Origin: Thermoanaerobaculum sp. | Lineage (GTDB): Bacteria; Acidobacteriota; Thermoanaerobaculia; Multivoradales; UBA5704 | Direction of reading: 5' to 3' | DNA length: 64,000 nt | Assembly: GCA_021154885.1 (NCBI GenBank) | Contig: JAJKHS010000091.1 | Location: 9,089-73,088, forward strand | In this document: piece by piece, positions 45,410-54,500 of the stretch | Layout: each line of letters opens with the position of its first letter | Position numbering within the stretch: position 1 is the first letter of the stretch | Program-made: the position numbers and the translations under genes | The notes under the pieces: model-generated | Seen by the model: the letters and a program-made list of their open reading frames with translations, nothing else | What the model was told of the DNA's origin: nothing | Databases searched by the model: none

Positions 45410-47179
45410 GTGTCGAGAAAGGTTCGGAGTCCGGTGGAGTCTTTGGCGAATCGCGTTCTGCTCACCATTGGAGTCGAGGACTACTACCAGGTCGGCTCGT
45501 TCGACGGGTTGATCCAGAAGGAGCACTGGTACCGTTTCGAGACCCGCATCGCCCGCAATACGGCGAAGGCGCTCGACCTGCTGGCGGCCTTCGACGTGCG
45601 GGCCACGTTCTTCGTCCTCGGCTGGGTGGCGGACGCGATGCCGGAGGTGGTGCGCGAGATCGTCCGCCGCGGGCACGAGGTCGCGAGCGGCGGCTACTGG
45701 CACCGCACCATACGGCAGATGAGCCCGGCGGAGTTCCGCGACGACCTGCGGCGCTCCCGCGAGGCCCTGGAGCGGGCGGCCGGGGTCCGCGTCTGCGGCC
45801 ACCGGGTGCCCCACTTCCTCCAGCCCTCGGACCTCTGGGCCCTCGACGTGGTGGCCGAGGAGGGCTACGCCTACGACTCCAGCCTCCGCCCCCTGCTGCG
45901 CCAGTCCGCCGCCGAGCCCTGGCTGCACGCCGTCCACCGCCGCGCCGCGGGCGGCCGGACGCTGTGGGAGATCCCGCCCTCCTCGGTGACGCTCGGCGGC
46001 CTGGCCCTGCCGCTCGCAGGCGGCAACTACTTCCGCCAGCTCCCCTACACGCTGGTCAAGCCGCTGGTGCGGCTCTGGCACCGCCAGCATTCCGCTCCCT
46101 TCGTCCTCTACTTCCACGTCTGGGAACTCGACCCCGGGCAGCCGACGCTCAACACCGGCTCGCTGCTGACCCGCGTCCGCCACTACCGCAACCTCGACAA
46201 GATGGAGTGGGTGCTGGAGGACTTCTTCCGCACCAGCCGGGTGCTGAGCATCGCCGACTATCTCGGACTCGATCCCGGCCCCATGGTCCAGGAAACAACG
46301 GCGGCGCCTGTGGCAACATCGCTGAAATCACTGAAGCCGCCGCAGCCGGCGAAGCATCCCAGCCGTGGGGGTTTGAGCCTCGTGCCGCGCCGGGCGCGCG
46401 TACCGGTCACCCTCGTCGTCCCCTGCTGCAACGAGGAGCGGTCGCTGGAGTACCTGGCCAACACGCTGCGCAGCGTGCGGCTCTGGCTGGGCCGGGACTA
46501 CGAGCTCGCCTTCGTCTTCGTGGACGACGCCAGCGGCGACGGCACGTGGGACCTCCTGCACCGGCTCTTCGGCGCGCGGTCCGACACCACGCTCCTGCGC
46601 CACGACCGCAACCGCGGCGTGGCGGCGGCGATCCTCACCGGCCTGCACGCCGCGGGCACGGAGATCGTCTGCTCGATCGACTGCGACTGCACCTACGATC
46701 CGCACGGGCTGGCGGAGATGATTCCCCGGCTCGCGGAAGGGGTGGACCTGGTCACCGCCTCGCCCTATCACCCGCGCGGCCGGGTGCTGAACGTGCCGGC
46801 CTGGCGCCTGGCGCTCTCCCGCGGCGCCTCCTTCCTCTACCGGCAGGTGCTGCGCCAGAGGCTCCACACCTACACGAGCTGCTTCCGCGTCTACCGCCGG
46901 CGGGCGCTGGCCGATCTGACGCTGCGCGAAGAGGGGTTCCTGGGGATCGCCGAGATGCTCGCCCGGCTGGACCTCCAGGGCTCGACGGTGGTGGAGCATC
47001 CCACGACGCTGGAGGTGCGGCTCCTTGGCCATTCCAAGATGAAGGTCCTGCGCTCGGTGGCGGGACATCTGCGGCTCCTCGCCCGGCTGGCGGCCCTGCG
47101 GCTCTTCGGGGCGCGCCGGCGGACGGGTGTGGCGGCGGTCGATCTCCGGCCTTCGGTTTCGGGAGCTCACCATGAATGA
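45410..47179 (+). CDS. Fusion protein: polysaccharide deacetylase-like N-domain plus family-2 glycosyltransferase C-domain
   Basis: N-terminal LLTIGVEDYYQVGSFDGLI ... deacetylase-like; C-terminal VTLVVPCCNEERSL ... FVFVDDASGDGT ... DCDCTYDP GT2 motifs (DxD); GTG start. Confidence 0.65.
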   Translation: MSRKVRSPVESLANRVLLTIGVEDYYQVGSFDGLIQKEHWYRFETRIARNTAKALDLLAAFDVRATFFVLGWVADAMPEVVREIVRRGHEVASGGYWHRTIRQMSPAEFRDDLRRSREALERAAGVRVCGHRVPHFLQPSDLWALDVVAEEGYAYDSSLRPLLRQSAAEPWLHAVHRRAAGGRTLWEIPPSSVTLGGLALPLAGGNYFRQLPYTLVKPLVRLWHRQHSAPFVLYFHVWELDPGQPTLNTGSLLTRVRHYRNLDKMEWVLEDFFRTSRVLSIADYLGLDPGPMVQETTAAPVATSLKSLKPPQPAKHPSRGGLSLVPRRARVPVTLVVPCCNEERSLEYLANTLRSVRLWLGRDYELAFVFVDDASGDGTWDLLHRLFGARSDTTLLRHDRNRGVAAAILTGLHAAGTEIVCSIDCDCTYDPHGLAEMIPRLAEGVDLVTASPYHPRGRVLNVPAWRLALSRGASFLYRQVLRQRLHTYTSCFRVYRRRALADLTLREEGFLGIAEMLARLDLQGSTVVEHPTTLEVRLLGHSKMKVLRSVAGHLRLLARLAALRLFGARRRTGVAAVDLRPSVSGAHHE

Positions 47180-48386
47180 GCCCCTGCCTTCGGACCAGGA
47201 CGCCTCCGGGCGGAGCTTCGGCGACGGCGAGCTGGCGCTGCTCGCCGAGGTCCTGCGCAGCGGCACGCTGTGCAGCACCCGGGGGAGCGTCGTCCGCAGC
47301 TTCGAGCGGCGCTTTGCCGAGACGCTCGGCGTCCGCCATGCCTGGGCCTGCTCCTCGGGCACCGCCGCCTTCCATACCGCCGTGGCGGCGATCGACCCCG
47401 AGCCGGGGGACGAGATCGTCGCCTCCCCCGTCACCGACATGGGCGCGCTGGCGCCGATCCTCTATCAGGGGGCGATCCCCGTCTTCGCCGACATCGACGC
47501 GGCGACCTGCAACGTCACGGCGGCGACGATCGAGCCCTGCCTCGGCGCGCGCACCCGCGCCATCGCCGTCACCCATCTGTTCGGCAATCCGTGCGACATG
47601 AGACCCATCCTGGATCTCGCCCGCGGCCGGGGCATCCCGGTGATCGAGGATTGCGCGCAGGCCTTCCTGGCCCGCGACCGGGGGCGGACGGTGGGGACGC
47701 TCGGCACGATCGGCGTCTTCAGCCTGCAGCAGGGCAAGCACGTCACCTGCGGCGAGGGCGGGCTGGTGGTCACGGACGACGACGCCCTGGCCCGCCGCAT
47801 GAACCTCTTCATCAACAAGGCCTGGGGTTACGGCGACCCGCACCCGGACCACACCTTCCTCGCCCTCAACTACCGGCTGAGCGAGCTCCAGGGAGCGGTG
47901 GCCCTGGCGCAGCTCCCGCGGCTCGCAGCCTTCGTGGCGCGGCGGATCGCCAACGCCGCCCGGCTCACTGCGGCCCTGCGGAACCTGCCGGGAATCGGAG
48001 CTCCCCAGGTAAGGCCGGAGAGCGTCCACGCCTACTGGCGCTTTTGTCTGCGAGTCGATTCCGAGGTGCTCCCGGGCGGCGTAGTGGCGCTGGGGGCGCG
48101 GCTCAGGGAGCGAGGCATCGCCGCGGCGCCGCGCTACATCCAGAAGCCGGCCTTCGCGTGCGAGGTGTTCCAGCAGCAGCGGACCTTCGGCGCCAGCCGC
48201 TGGCCGTTCACCCTGGCACGCCCCGAAGCGCTCGACTATCGCCCCTGCCGCTTTCCCGGCGTGGTCGCGGCCCTCGATTCCCTCCTCGTCCTGCCCTGGA
48301 ACGAGCGCTTCGAGGAGAAGCACGTGGACTTTCTCGCGGCCTGCATCCACGAGGCCGCCGGCGGCCTGATGCGGGAGGCGGCGTGA
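47172..48386 (+). CDS. DegT/DnrJ/EryC1/StrS family sugar aminotransferase (WbpE-like)
   Basis: PLP-dependent fold; SGTAAFHTAVAAI, CDMRPILDLARGRGIPVIEDCAQAF, FSLQQGKHVTCGEGG (PLP lysine). Confidence 0.8.
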   Translation: MNEPLPSDQDASGRSFGDGELALLAEVLRSGTLCSTRGSVVRSFERRFAETLGVRHAWACSSGTAAFHTAVAAIDPEPGDEIVASPVTDMGALAPILYQGAIPVFADIDAATCNVTAATIEPCLGARTRAIAVTHLFGNPCDMRPILDLARGRGIPVIEDCAQAFLARDRGRTVGTLGTIGVFSLQQGKHVTCGEGGLVVTDDDALARRMNLFINKAWGYGDPHPDHTFLALNYRLSELQGAVALAQLPRLAAFVARRIANAARLTAALRNLPGIGAPQVRPESVHAYWRFCLRVDSEVLPGGVVALGARLRERGIAAAPRYIQKPAFACEVFQQQRTFGASRWPFTLARPEALDYRPCRFPGVVAALDSLLVLPWNERFEEKHVDFLAACIHEAAGGLMREAA

Positions 48387-49435
48387 GCGAGCCCCTGCGC
48401 TCCGGGCTGCGCTTCGGGCTGATCGGGGCGGGGCGGATCGCTGAAGCCTATGTCCAGGCGTTCGCGGGCCAGGAGCGGGCCCGCATCGTGGCCGTGGCGG
48501 ACGTGCGGCCCGAGGCCGCCTTCGCGCTGGCCGGCCGGCTGGGCTACCCGGCCTTCGCGTCGCACAAGGCCATGTCCCTGGCCTGCCCGCTCGACGCCGT
48601 CGTCGTCTGCACGCCGCCGGTCTCGCACCCAGACGTCGCGCTCCACTTCCTGCGGCGGCGCGTCCACGTCCTCTGCGAAAAGCCCCTCAGCATCGATTCC
48701 CACAGCGCGCGGCTGATGGCGCACGTCGCCCGCCGCACGGGCGCAGTGCTCGCCATGGCCTCCAAGTTCCGCTACGTGGAGGACGTGGTCCGCGCCAGAG
48801 ACCTGGTTGCATCCGGAACGATCGGCGAGATCGTGCAGGCGGAAAACTCTTTCACCGGGCGCATCGACATGTCGGCGCGCTGGAGCTCCGATCCGCGCTT
48901 AAGCGGCGGCGGCGTGCTGATCGACAACGGCACCCATTCGGTCGATCTGCTGCGCTGCTTCCTCGGCCCGCTCGTGGAGGTGCAGGTCGTGGAGGGGCCG
49001 CGCAGCCAGGGGCTCGCCGTCGAGGAGACCGTCCGCCTCTTCGTGCGCAACGCCGCCGGCGTCCTGGGGAGCATCGACCTGTCGTGGAGCCTCGGCAAGG
49101 AGACGGCGAGCTATCTCACGCTCTATGGCACTGAGGGCGTCCTCCACCTCGGCTGGCGGGGGTCGCGCTACCGGCGAACCGGGAGCGAGGACTGGGTCTC
49201 CTTCGGCACCGGCTACGACAAGCTCCAGGCCTTCCGCTCACAGATCGAGAACTTCGTGCGGGCGATCGCGGGAGAAGAGGAGCTGCGGATCACCATGGCC
49301 GACGCGCTCGCCTCCGTCGAGGTCGTCGAGGCCGCCTACCGCGCCCTCCACGCCAGCCGCTGGACGGCGATCGGCGATCCCGAGCGCCTGCGCCGGCCTC
49401 GCACCTTATCCCTGGTGGCGGGCGAGCGGCGATGA
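48383..49435 (+). CDS. Gfo/Idh/MocA family sugar oxidoreductase (WbpB-like)
   Basis: GTG start overlapping upstream stop; LRFGLIGAGRIAEAYVQAF Rossmann N-terminus and EKPLSIDSHSARLM motif. Confidence 0.75.
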   Translation: MSEPLRSGLRFGLIGAGRIAEAYVQAFAGQERARIVAVADVRPEAAFALAGRLGYPAFASHKAMSLACPLDAVVVCTPPVSHPDVALHFLRRRVHVLCEKPLSIDSHSARLMAHVARRTGAVLAMASKFRYVEDVVRARDLVASGTIGEIVQAENSFTGRIDMSARWSSDPRLSGGGVLIDNGTHSVDLLRCFLGPLVEVQVVEGPRSQGLAVEETVRLFVRNAAGVLGSIDLSWSLGKETASYLTLYGTEGVLHLGWRGSRYRRTGSEDWVSFGTGYDKLQAFRSQIENFVRAIAGEEELRITMADALASVEVVEAAYRALHASRWTAIGDPERLRRPRTLSLVAGERR

Positions 49436-50067
49436 TCCATCCCACGGCGTTCGTCCACCCCACGGCGATCATCGAGGAAGAGGTGGAGATCGGCGCCGGC
49501 TGTGCGATCTGGGATCACGTCCACGTCCGGCGCGGCGCCCGACTCGGCGAGGAGTGCCTCGTCGGCGAGAAGACCTACATCGCCTACGGCGTGCGAATCG
49601 GCCATCGCGTGAAAATCAACGCCATGGTCTACGTCTGCGCCGCGGTGACGATCGAGGACGGCGTGATGATCAGCGCCGGCACCGTGTTCACCAATGATCG
49701 TTTCCCGCGGGCGACGACGCCGGACCTGCGGCACCTGCGCCCCTCCGGGCCGGACGAGCACACCCTCCCCACCCTGGTGCGCGAGGGGGCGACGATCGGC
49801 GCCGGCTGCACCGTCGGCAACGACCTCGCCATCGGCCGTTTCGCCATGATCGGCATGGGCTCGGTGGTGACGAAGCCCATCCCCGACTTCCACCTCGCGC
49901 TCGGTCATCCGGCCCGCCTCGCCGGCTGCGTCTGCCGCTGCGGCCAGCTCCTCTTCCGCTTCAACGCGCGCGACGCTGATCGCTTCCGGCAGGCGACCTG
50001 CGGGGTGTGCGGCCGGTGCTACGCGGCGAAACGGGGGGAGGTACGGGAGGGATGGCCCCCGGATTGA
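49432..50067 (+). CDS. Hexapeptide-repeat acyl/acetyltransferase (WbpD-like)
   Basis: Left-handed beta-helix repeats IEEEVEIGAGCAIWDHVHVRRGARLGEECLVGEKTYIAYGVRIGHRVKINAMVYV. Confidence 0.75.
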   Translation: MIHPTAFVHPTAIIEEEVEIGAGCAIWDHVHVRRGARLGEECLVGEKTYIAYGVRIGHRVKINAMVYVCAAVTIEDGVMISAGTVFTNDRFPRATTPDLRHLRPSGPDEHTLPTLVREGATIGAGCTVGNDLAIGRFAMIGMGSVVTKPIPDFHLALGHPARLAGCVCRCGQLLFRFNARDADRFRQATCGVCGRCYAAKRGEVREGWPPD

Positions 50068-51380
50068 CTGGATCGACTGGAACGGGCCGGCGCTGGGCTG
50101 TGGTCGGCGGCGGCATCCTGGGGATGACGCTCGCCCATCGCCTCGCCCGGGCCGGGCACGACGTCACCCTGTTCGAGGCGGCGGAGCAGCTCGGCGGCCT
50201 CGCCGCGGCCTGGAGCCTGAACGGCGTGGTGTGGGACCGCCATTACCACGTCACCCTGCTGTCGGACTCCCACCTGCGCGCGCTGTGGGCCGAGCTCGGC
50301 CTCGCGGACGAGCTGCGCTGGGCTGAGACGCGCACCGGCTTCTACTCCGGCGGCCAGTTCCACTCGATGTCGAACGCCCTGGAGTTCCTCCGCTTTCCTC
50401 CCCTGCGCCTGGTGGACAAGGCGCGGCTCGCGGCGACGATCCTCCACGCCTCGCGTATCCGCGACCCCTTGCCGCTGGAGGCGGTGACGGTGAGCGACTG
50501 GCTGCGGCGCTGGTCGGGCGAGCGGACGTTCCAGACGATCTGGCTGCCGCTGCTCGAAGCCAAGCTCGGGCGGCACTGGCAGCGGACCTCCGCCGCCTTC
50601 CTCTGGGCCACCATCGCCCGCCTGTACGCCGCCCGCCGGACGGGCCTCAAGAAGGAGATGTTTGGCTACGTCGCCGGCGGCTACGCCCGCGTCCTCGGCC
50701 GCTTCGCCGCGGTGCTGGCGGAGGAAGGAGTGGCGATCCGGGCCGGCCACGCCGCGGCGCGGATCGCTCCGGACTCCAACGGGATACGGGTCGAGTTTCG
50801 CAACGGCCACGGCGAGACCTTCGATCGCGTCGTGGCGACTGTGCCCGCGCCGGTGGCGGCGGATCTCTGCCAGGGGCTCACGGCCGAGGAGACGGCGCGG
50901 CTGCGGGGCGTGCAGTACCTTGGCATTATCTGCGCCTCCCTCCTCCTGCGCCGGCCGCTGGCCGGGTTCTACGTCACCAACGTCACCGATCCGGGTTATC
51001 CCTTCACGGCGGTGGTCGAGACGTCCACCCTGGTCGACCGCGCGCAATTCGGGGGACACGCCCTGGTCTACCTGCCGAAGTACGTGGATCCGGAGGACCC
51101 AGCCTTCGCCCTCTCGGACGGCGAGATCCGGGAGGCCTTCCTCGCCGGCCTGGAGCGGATGGTCCCCGGCTTCGATGGTGGCGACGTCCTCGCCTTCCGC
51201 GTCTCGCGCGTCCGCCACGTCTTCGCCCTGCCGACGCTCCACTACTCGCGGACGCTGCCGCCGATGACCACCTCCATCCCCGGGCTCCATCTCGTCAACG
51301 CGGCCCACATCGTCCACGGCACGCTGAACGTCGACGAGACGATCCAGCTCGCGAACCGGGCGGCGGCGGCGCTGCGTTGA
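50049..51380 (+). CDS. FAD/NAD(P)-binding amine-oxidase-like oxidoreductase
   Basis: WAVVGGGILGMTLAHRLARAGHDVTLFEAAEQLGGLAA dinucleotide-binding motif. Confidence 0.65.
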   Translation, partial: GMAPGLTGSTGTGRRWAVVGGGILGMTLAHRLARAGHDVTLFEAAEQLGGLAAAWSLNGVVWDRHYHVTLLSDSHLRALWAELGLADELRWAETRTGFYSGGQFHSMSNALEFLRFPPLRLVDKARLAATILHASRIRDPLPLEAVTVSDWLRRWSGERTFQTIWLPLLEAKLGRHWQRTSAAFLWATIARLYAARRTGLKKEMFGYVAGGYARVLGRFAAVLAEEGVAIRAGHAAARIAPDSNGIRVEFRNGHGETFDRVVATVPAPVAADLCQGLTAEETARLRGVQYLGIICASLLLRRPLAGFYVTNVTDPGYPFTAVVETSTLVDRAQFGGHALVYLPKYVDPEDPAFALSDGEIREAFLAGLERMVPGFDGGDVLAFRVSRVRHVFALPTLHYSRTLPPMTTSIPGLHLVNAAHIVHGTLNVDETIQLANRAAAALR

Positions 51381-53020
51381 AAAAGAAACCTTTTCTTCTG
51401 CTCGCTGGCGCGCTCCTCGCGATCGTGATCGCGCAAGGTTTGGCCTGGCAATCCGGCGAGCCGTTCTACAACAACGACGAGACCCGCCACGTGATGACGG
51501 GGGTGTTCGTCCACGATCTCCTCGTCGACCATCCTTTCTCACGCCTCAGGGACTACACCGTCGACTATTACCTCCAGTATCCGGCGCTCGGCCTGATCGT
51601 CTGGCCCCCTCTGTTCTACGGTTTTGAAGGGGTCCTCATGCTCGTCCTCGGCACCTCGTTCGCGGTGACGAAGGCCCTCGCCGGCCTCTTCTCCGCCCTC
51701 GCCTGCGTCTACCTCTTCCTGCTCGTCCGCCGCACCCATGGCGAGGTCGCCGCCGCGGTGGTGACGCTGCTCTTCGGCCTGTCGCCGCTGGTCTTCCTGC
51801 TGAGCCACCACGTGATGCTGGAGATGCCCGCCCTGGCCTTCGCGCTGGCGGCGATTTATCACTTCGTCCGCTATCTCGACGATCTCGACGGCGGGAAGCG
51901 CCTGGACGTCTTCATCGCCGCGGCCGCCGCGGCCGGCTTTGCCCTGACGCGCTACGACGCCTTCGTCCTCGTCCTCTTCTTCCTCCTCTCGCTGCTCGCC
52001 CTGCGGCGCTTCGACGTGCTGCGCCGGCGCGAGGTCTGGCTGGCGGCGCTGCTCGCCCTGGCGATCGTGCTGCCCGTCTACGTGCCGATGCTGGCCCAGT
52101 TCGGCCGCACCCACGTCCTGGTGACGGTCGAGGGCGGAGCCCATCCGGCCCCGGGCCTCGGCCTCTTCGGCGCCCTCGCCTTCTATCCCCGCGCCCTCCC
52201 CGGACAGATCGGGTGGCTCACCCTCGTGCCGGCGCTCGCCGGCCTCCTCTCGGCGCTGCGGCCGGCGCGGCGCCAAGCCTGCTGGCCCTACCTCACGCTG
52301 GCGGCGGCCACCTGGCTCGCCTTCACCCCGCTGGCGGAGCGCATGCCGCGCCACACGATCTACTGGGTCCCCGCCTTCGCCCTGTTTGCCTGGGAAGGGA
52401 TCGACTGGATCGCGAGCCGGCTGAAGCTGCCGCAGGGGCGGGCGGTCCTCGCCTCGATCGTCGCCTCGATCGTCATCGGCGGCGCCTTCTGGCTGGCCGC
52501 GACGAGCCGCATGCTCTACGTCCGGGGCTACGAGGAGGCGGCGCGCTACGTGGTGGCCAACACCCGGGCCTCGCGCTACTCCTTCGTCGACGGCTTCCTC
52601 AACGGCGACTTCATCTATCAGGTCCGCCGCCACGACCCCCGCCGCCGCCTCTGGGTGCTGAGGGGGGACAAGCTCCTCTATGGCGTAATCAACGATCCCA
52701 GCGGCGGCTACGAAGAATTCGCGGGTGGCGAGAACCAGATCCTCGCCGCCCTGTTCCGCTACGACCCGGAGTACCTGGTGGTCGAAGAGCCGCAGGTGCT
52801 CTTCAAGATACCCATGGCGGAGCGGCTGCGCCAGACCCTCGCCGAGCATCCCGAGCGCTTCGAGCGGGTGAAGAGCCTTCCAATCGAGAGCAACGTCCCC
52901 GCCTTCCGCGGGGTGCGGCTGGACGTCTACCGCAGCCGGCTCCGCAACCCGAGCCCTGAGCGCCGGCTCTCTCTGGACATGATGGGCCTCGGGCGGTCGC
53001 TGGGGACGGAGGTGCGGTAG
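51377..53020 (+). CDS. GT-C fold membrane glycosyltransferase (family 39 / ArnT-PMT-like)
   Basis: More than 10 predicted TM helices, N-terminal DE-containing loop FYNNDETRHVMTGVF; TTG start. Confidence 0.6.
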   Translation: MKKKPFLLLAGALLAIVIAQGLAWQSGEPFYNNDETRHVMTGVFVHDLLVDHPFSRLRDYTVDYYLQYPALGLIVWPPLFYGFEGVLMLVLGTSFAVTKALAGLFSALACVYLFLLVRRTHGEVAAAVVTLLFGLSPLVFLLSHHVMLEMPALAFALAAIYHFVRYLDDLDGGKRLDVFIAAAAAAGFALTRYDAFVLVLFFLLSLLALRRFDVLRRREVWLAALLALAIVLPVYVPMLAQFGRTHVLVTVEGGAHPAPGLGLFGALAFYPRALPGQIGWLTLVPALAGLLSALRPARRQACWPYLTLAAATWLAFTPLAERMPRHTIYWVPAFALFAWEGIDWIASRLKLPQGRAVLASIVASIVIGGAFWLAATSRMLYVRGYEEAARYVVANTRASRYSFVDGFLNGDFIYQVRRHDPRRRLWVLRGDKLLYGVINDPSGGYEEFAGGENQILAALFRYDPEYLVVEEPQVLFKIPMAERLRQTLAEHPERFERVKSLPIESNVPAFRGVRLDVYRSRLRNPSPERRLSLDMMGLGRSLGTEVR

Positions 53021-53059
53021 GAGATGCGCGCAAGCGTCGCAACCACCAAGCCACGAGAC

Positions 53060-53435
53060 GCCAATACCACGACACAAGCCGCACATACCAGGACAGCAGC
53101 CGCGAATACCAGCACATCAATCTCTCCGATTCCGACGTCAGCCGCAAATACCGAGATGGCAGCCGCAACTACCGAACTGTGAGACACCGACGCCACGGCA
53201 GCCTCACTCGCTCCACTTTCCTGAGCCGCAACTGTCCGAGCAGGAGCCGCGACTGTCTTCCTGTTTGCTGCAAATATTCGAGCAGCGCCCTCCGCTGCCG
53301 TGCCAGCGGTCACCGCGGCTCAGGCAGTTGCGGCAGCTTTCATGGAGTGGAGCGTCGCCTGGCAGGTAAGTTGCGGCACACGAACCGGCAAAGATCTCCG
53401 CTTGGGTTGCAAGCTGCGGCTGCTGGCTGGTAAGT
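53060..53435. repeat. 21-bp phased AGCCGC(A)A(T/C)ACC direct-repeat array followed by phased inverted AGTTGCGGC copies
   Basis: AGCCGC at 53067, 53088, 53130, 53151, 53214 and 53235 with degenerate units between them, all on a 21-bp phase. Inverted AGTTGCGGC or AGCTGCGGC at 53316, 53359, 53402 and 53423, also at 21/43-bp spacing. Confidence 0.6.
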
Positions 53436-53498
53436 TGCGGCTCCTGTCTTGAAGCTTGCAACCGACGCCGTCGGAGAGACGGCTCGTCTGCAGGAAGC

Positions 53499-54455
53499 TC
53501 AGCCGGCGGCACGCTCCGCCAGCTCGCCGCTCTCCAGTCTCGCGGCGTGCTCTCCCAGGGGTATCACCTCGAACCCCCGGCAGAGGGCGGCGAGGTGCTC
53601 GCTCACCCGCGCGAGCTTCCAGGCGCCGGGCCGGCGCATGGCGGGAAAGAAGGCGAGCGCCTCCGTGTCGTCGCCGCCCAGGAAGTCGAGCGGGTGGAGG
53701 AGGATCGACGGCTGCACTGCGGTCAGACGGCAGAGCCGCAGGGCCGTGTTGAAGTAGAGCCTTCCCAGCGACGGCGAGACAAGGTCCAGATAGAGCACGT
53801 AGCTGAGGTGGATCGGCGTGCGCAGGAGCGGCATCGTGGTGACCGGGATCTCGAGCAACCGCCGCTCCCCCACCCGCCAGCGGTAGGGCCGGATGGGCCG
53901 CAGTCCCTCGCCGAAGGTGCCGAAAAGGGCGCTGCGCTGTCGCCGCTGCTCCGCCGTGAGCCCGGCCGTCCGGAAGTAGTAGGCCCGCGCCAGCGGTCCC
54001 AGGAAGGTCGGCAGAGTGCTCGCGTCGTAGCGGTATCCCCGCCGCGCGAGCACGGCGAGCGTCGCCGGAGACAGGCTGAACCCCGGGCCGCGAAACCCCG
54101 CCGGCCGCTGCCCCGTGGCCTGCACGATCGCCTCCTCCGCCCGTGCCAGCTCCTCCTCCAGCTCCGCCTCGGAGTACAGGTGGAGCCACGACTCATGCCG
54201 GAACGAGTGGTTGCCGATCTCGTGCCCCGCCGCCGCGATCGACGCCAGGGCTGCGCGGTTTTCCTCCCGGGCCGCGTCCTGCCCCACGACGAAGAAGGTG
54301 ATCCGCAGCCGCCGCTCGGCCAGGAAAGCCAGGATGCGCGGCACCGCCACGTCCAGGTAGGAAGGGAACGCCTCCCACCCGGCGTCGCCATGGATCTTGA
54401 GATAGGACCAGAGGTTGTCGAGGTCCAGGGAGAGGCTGGCGAGGGGTGGCGTCAT
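53499..54455 (-). CDS. Polysaccharide deacetylase family protein
   Basis: NodB-homology-like region RITFFVVGQDAAREENRAALASIAAAGHEIGNHSFRHESW. Confidence 0.7.
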   Translation of the reverse strand: MTPPLASLSLDLDNLWSYLKIHGDAGWEAFPSYLDVAVPRILAFLAERRLRITFFVVGQDAAREENRAALASIAAAGHEIGNHSFRHESWLHLYSEAELEEELARAEEAIVQATGQRPAGFRGPGFSLSPATLAVLARRGYRYDASTLPTFLGPLARAYYFRTAGLTAEQRRQRSALFGTFGEGLRPIRPYRWRVGERRLLEIPVTTMPLLRTPIHLSYVLYLDLVSPSLGRLYFNTALRLCRLTAVQPSILLHPLDFLGGDDTEALAFFPAMRRPGAWKLARVSEHLAALCRGFEVIPLGEHAARLESGELAERAAG

Positions 54456-54500
54456 GGCGGACGAAAGTGTAGCTTCAGACGGTGCTACGATCGACCACCC

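Noticed and set aside
45325-48350. Plus ORF 45325..47175 and minus ORFs 46328..47440 and 46752..48350
   Set aside because: Alternative frames and antisense of the deacetylase-GT2 and DegT genes; Arg/Pro/Gly-rich low-complexity products.
50019-53086. Minus-strand ORFs 50019..51542 and 51539..53086
   Set aside because: Antisense to the FAD oxidoreductase and GT39 genes.
53060-53435. Possible CRISPR array
   Set aside because: The repeat unit is only about 9-13 bp conserved within a 21-bp period. There are no 30-40-bp unique spacers, the units are degenerate, and no cas genes are present. This is an iteron-like or minisatellite array instead.
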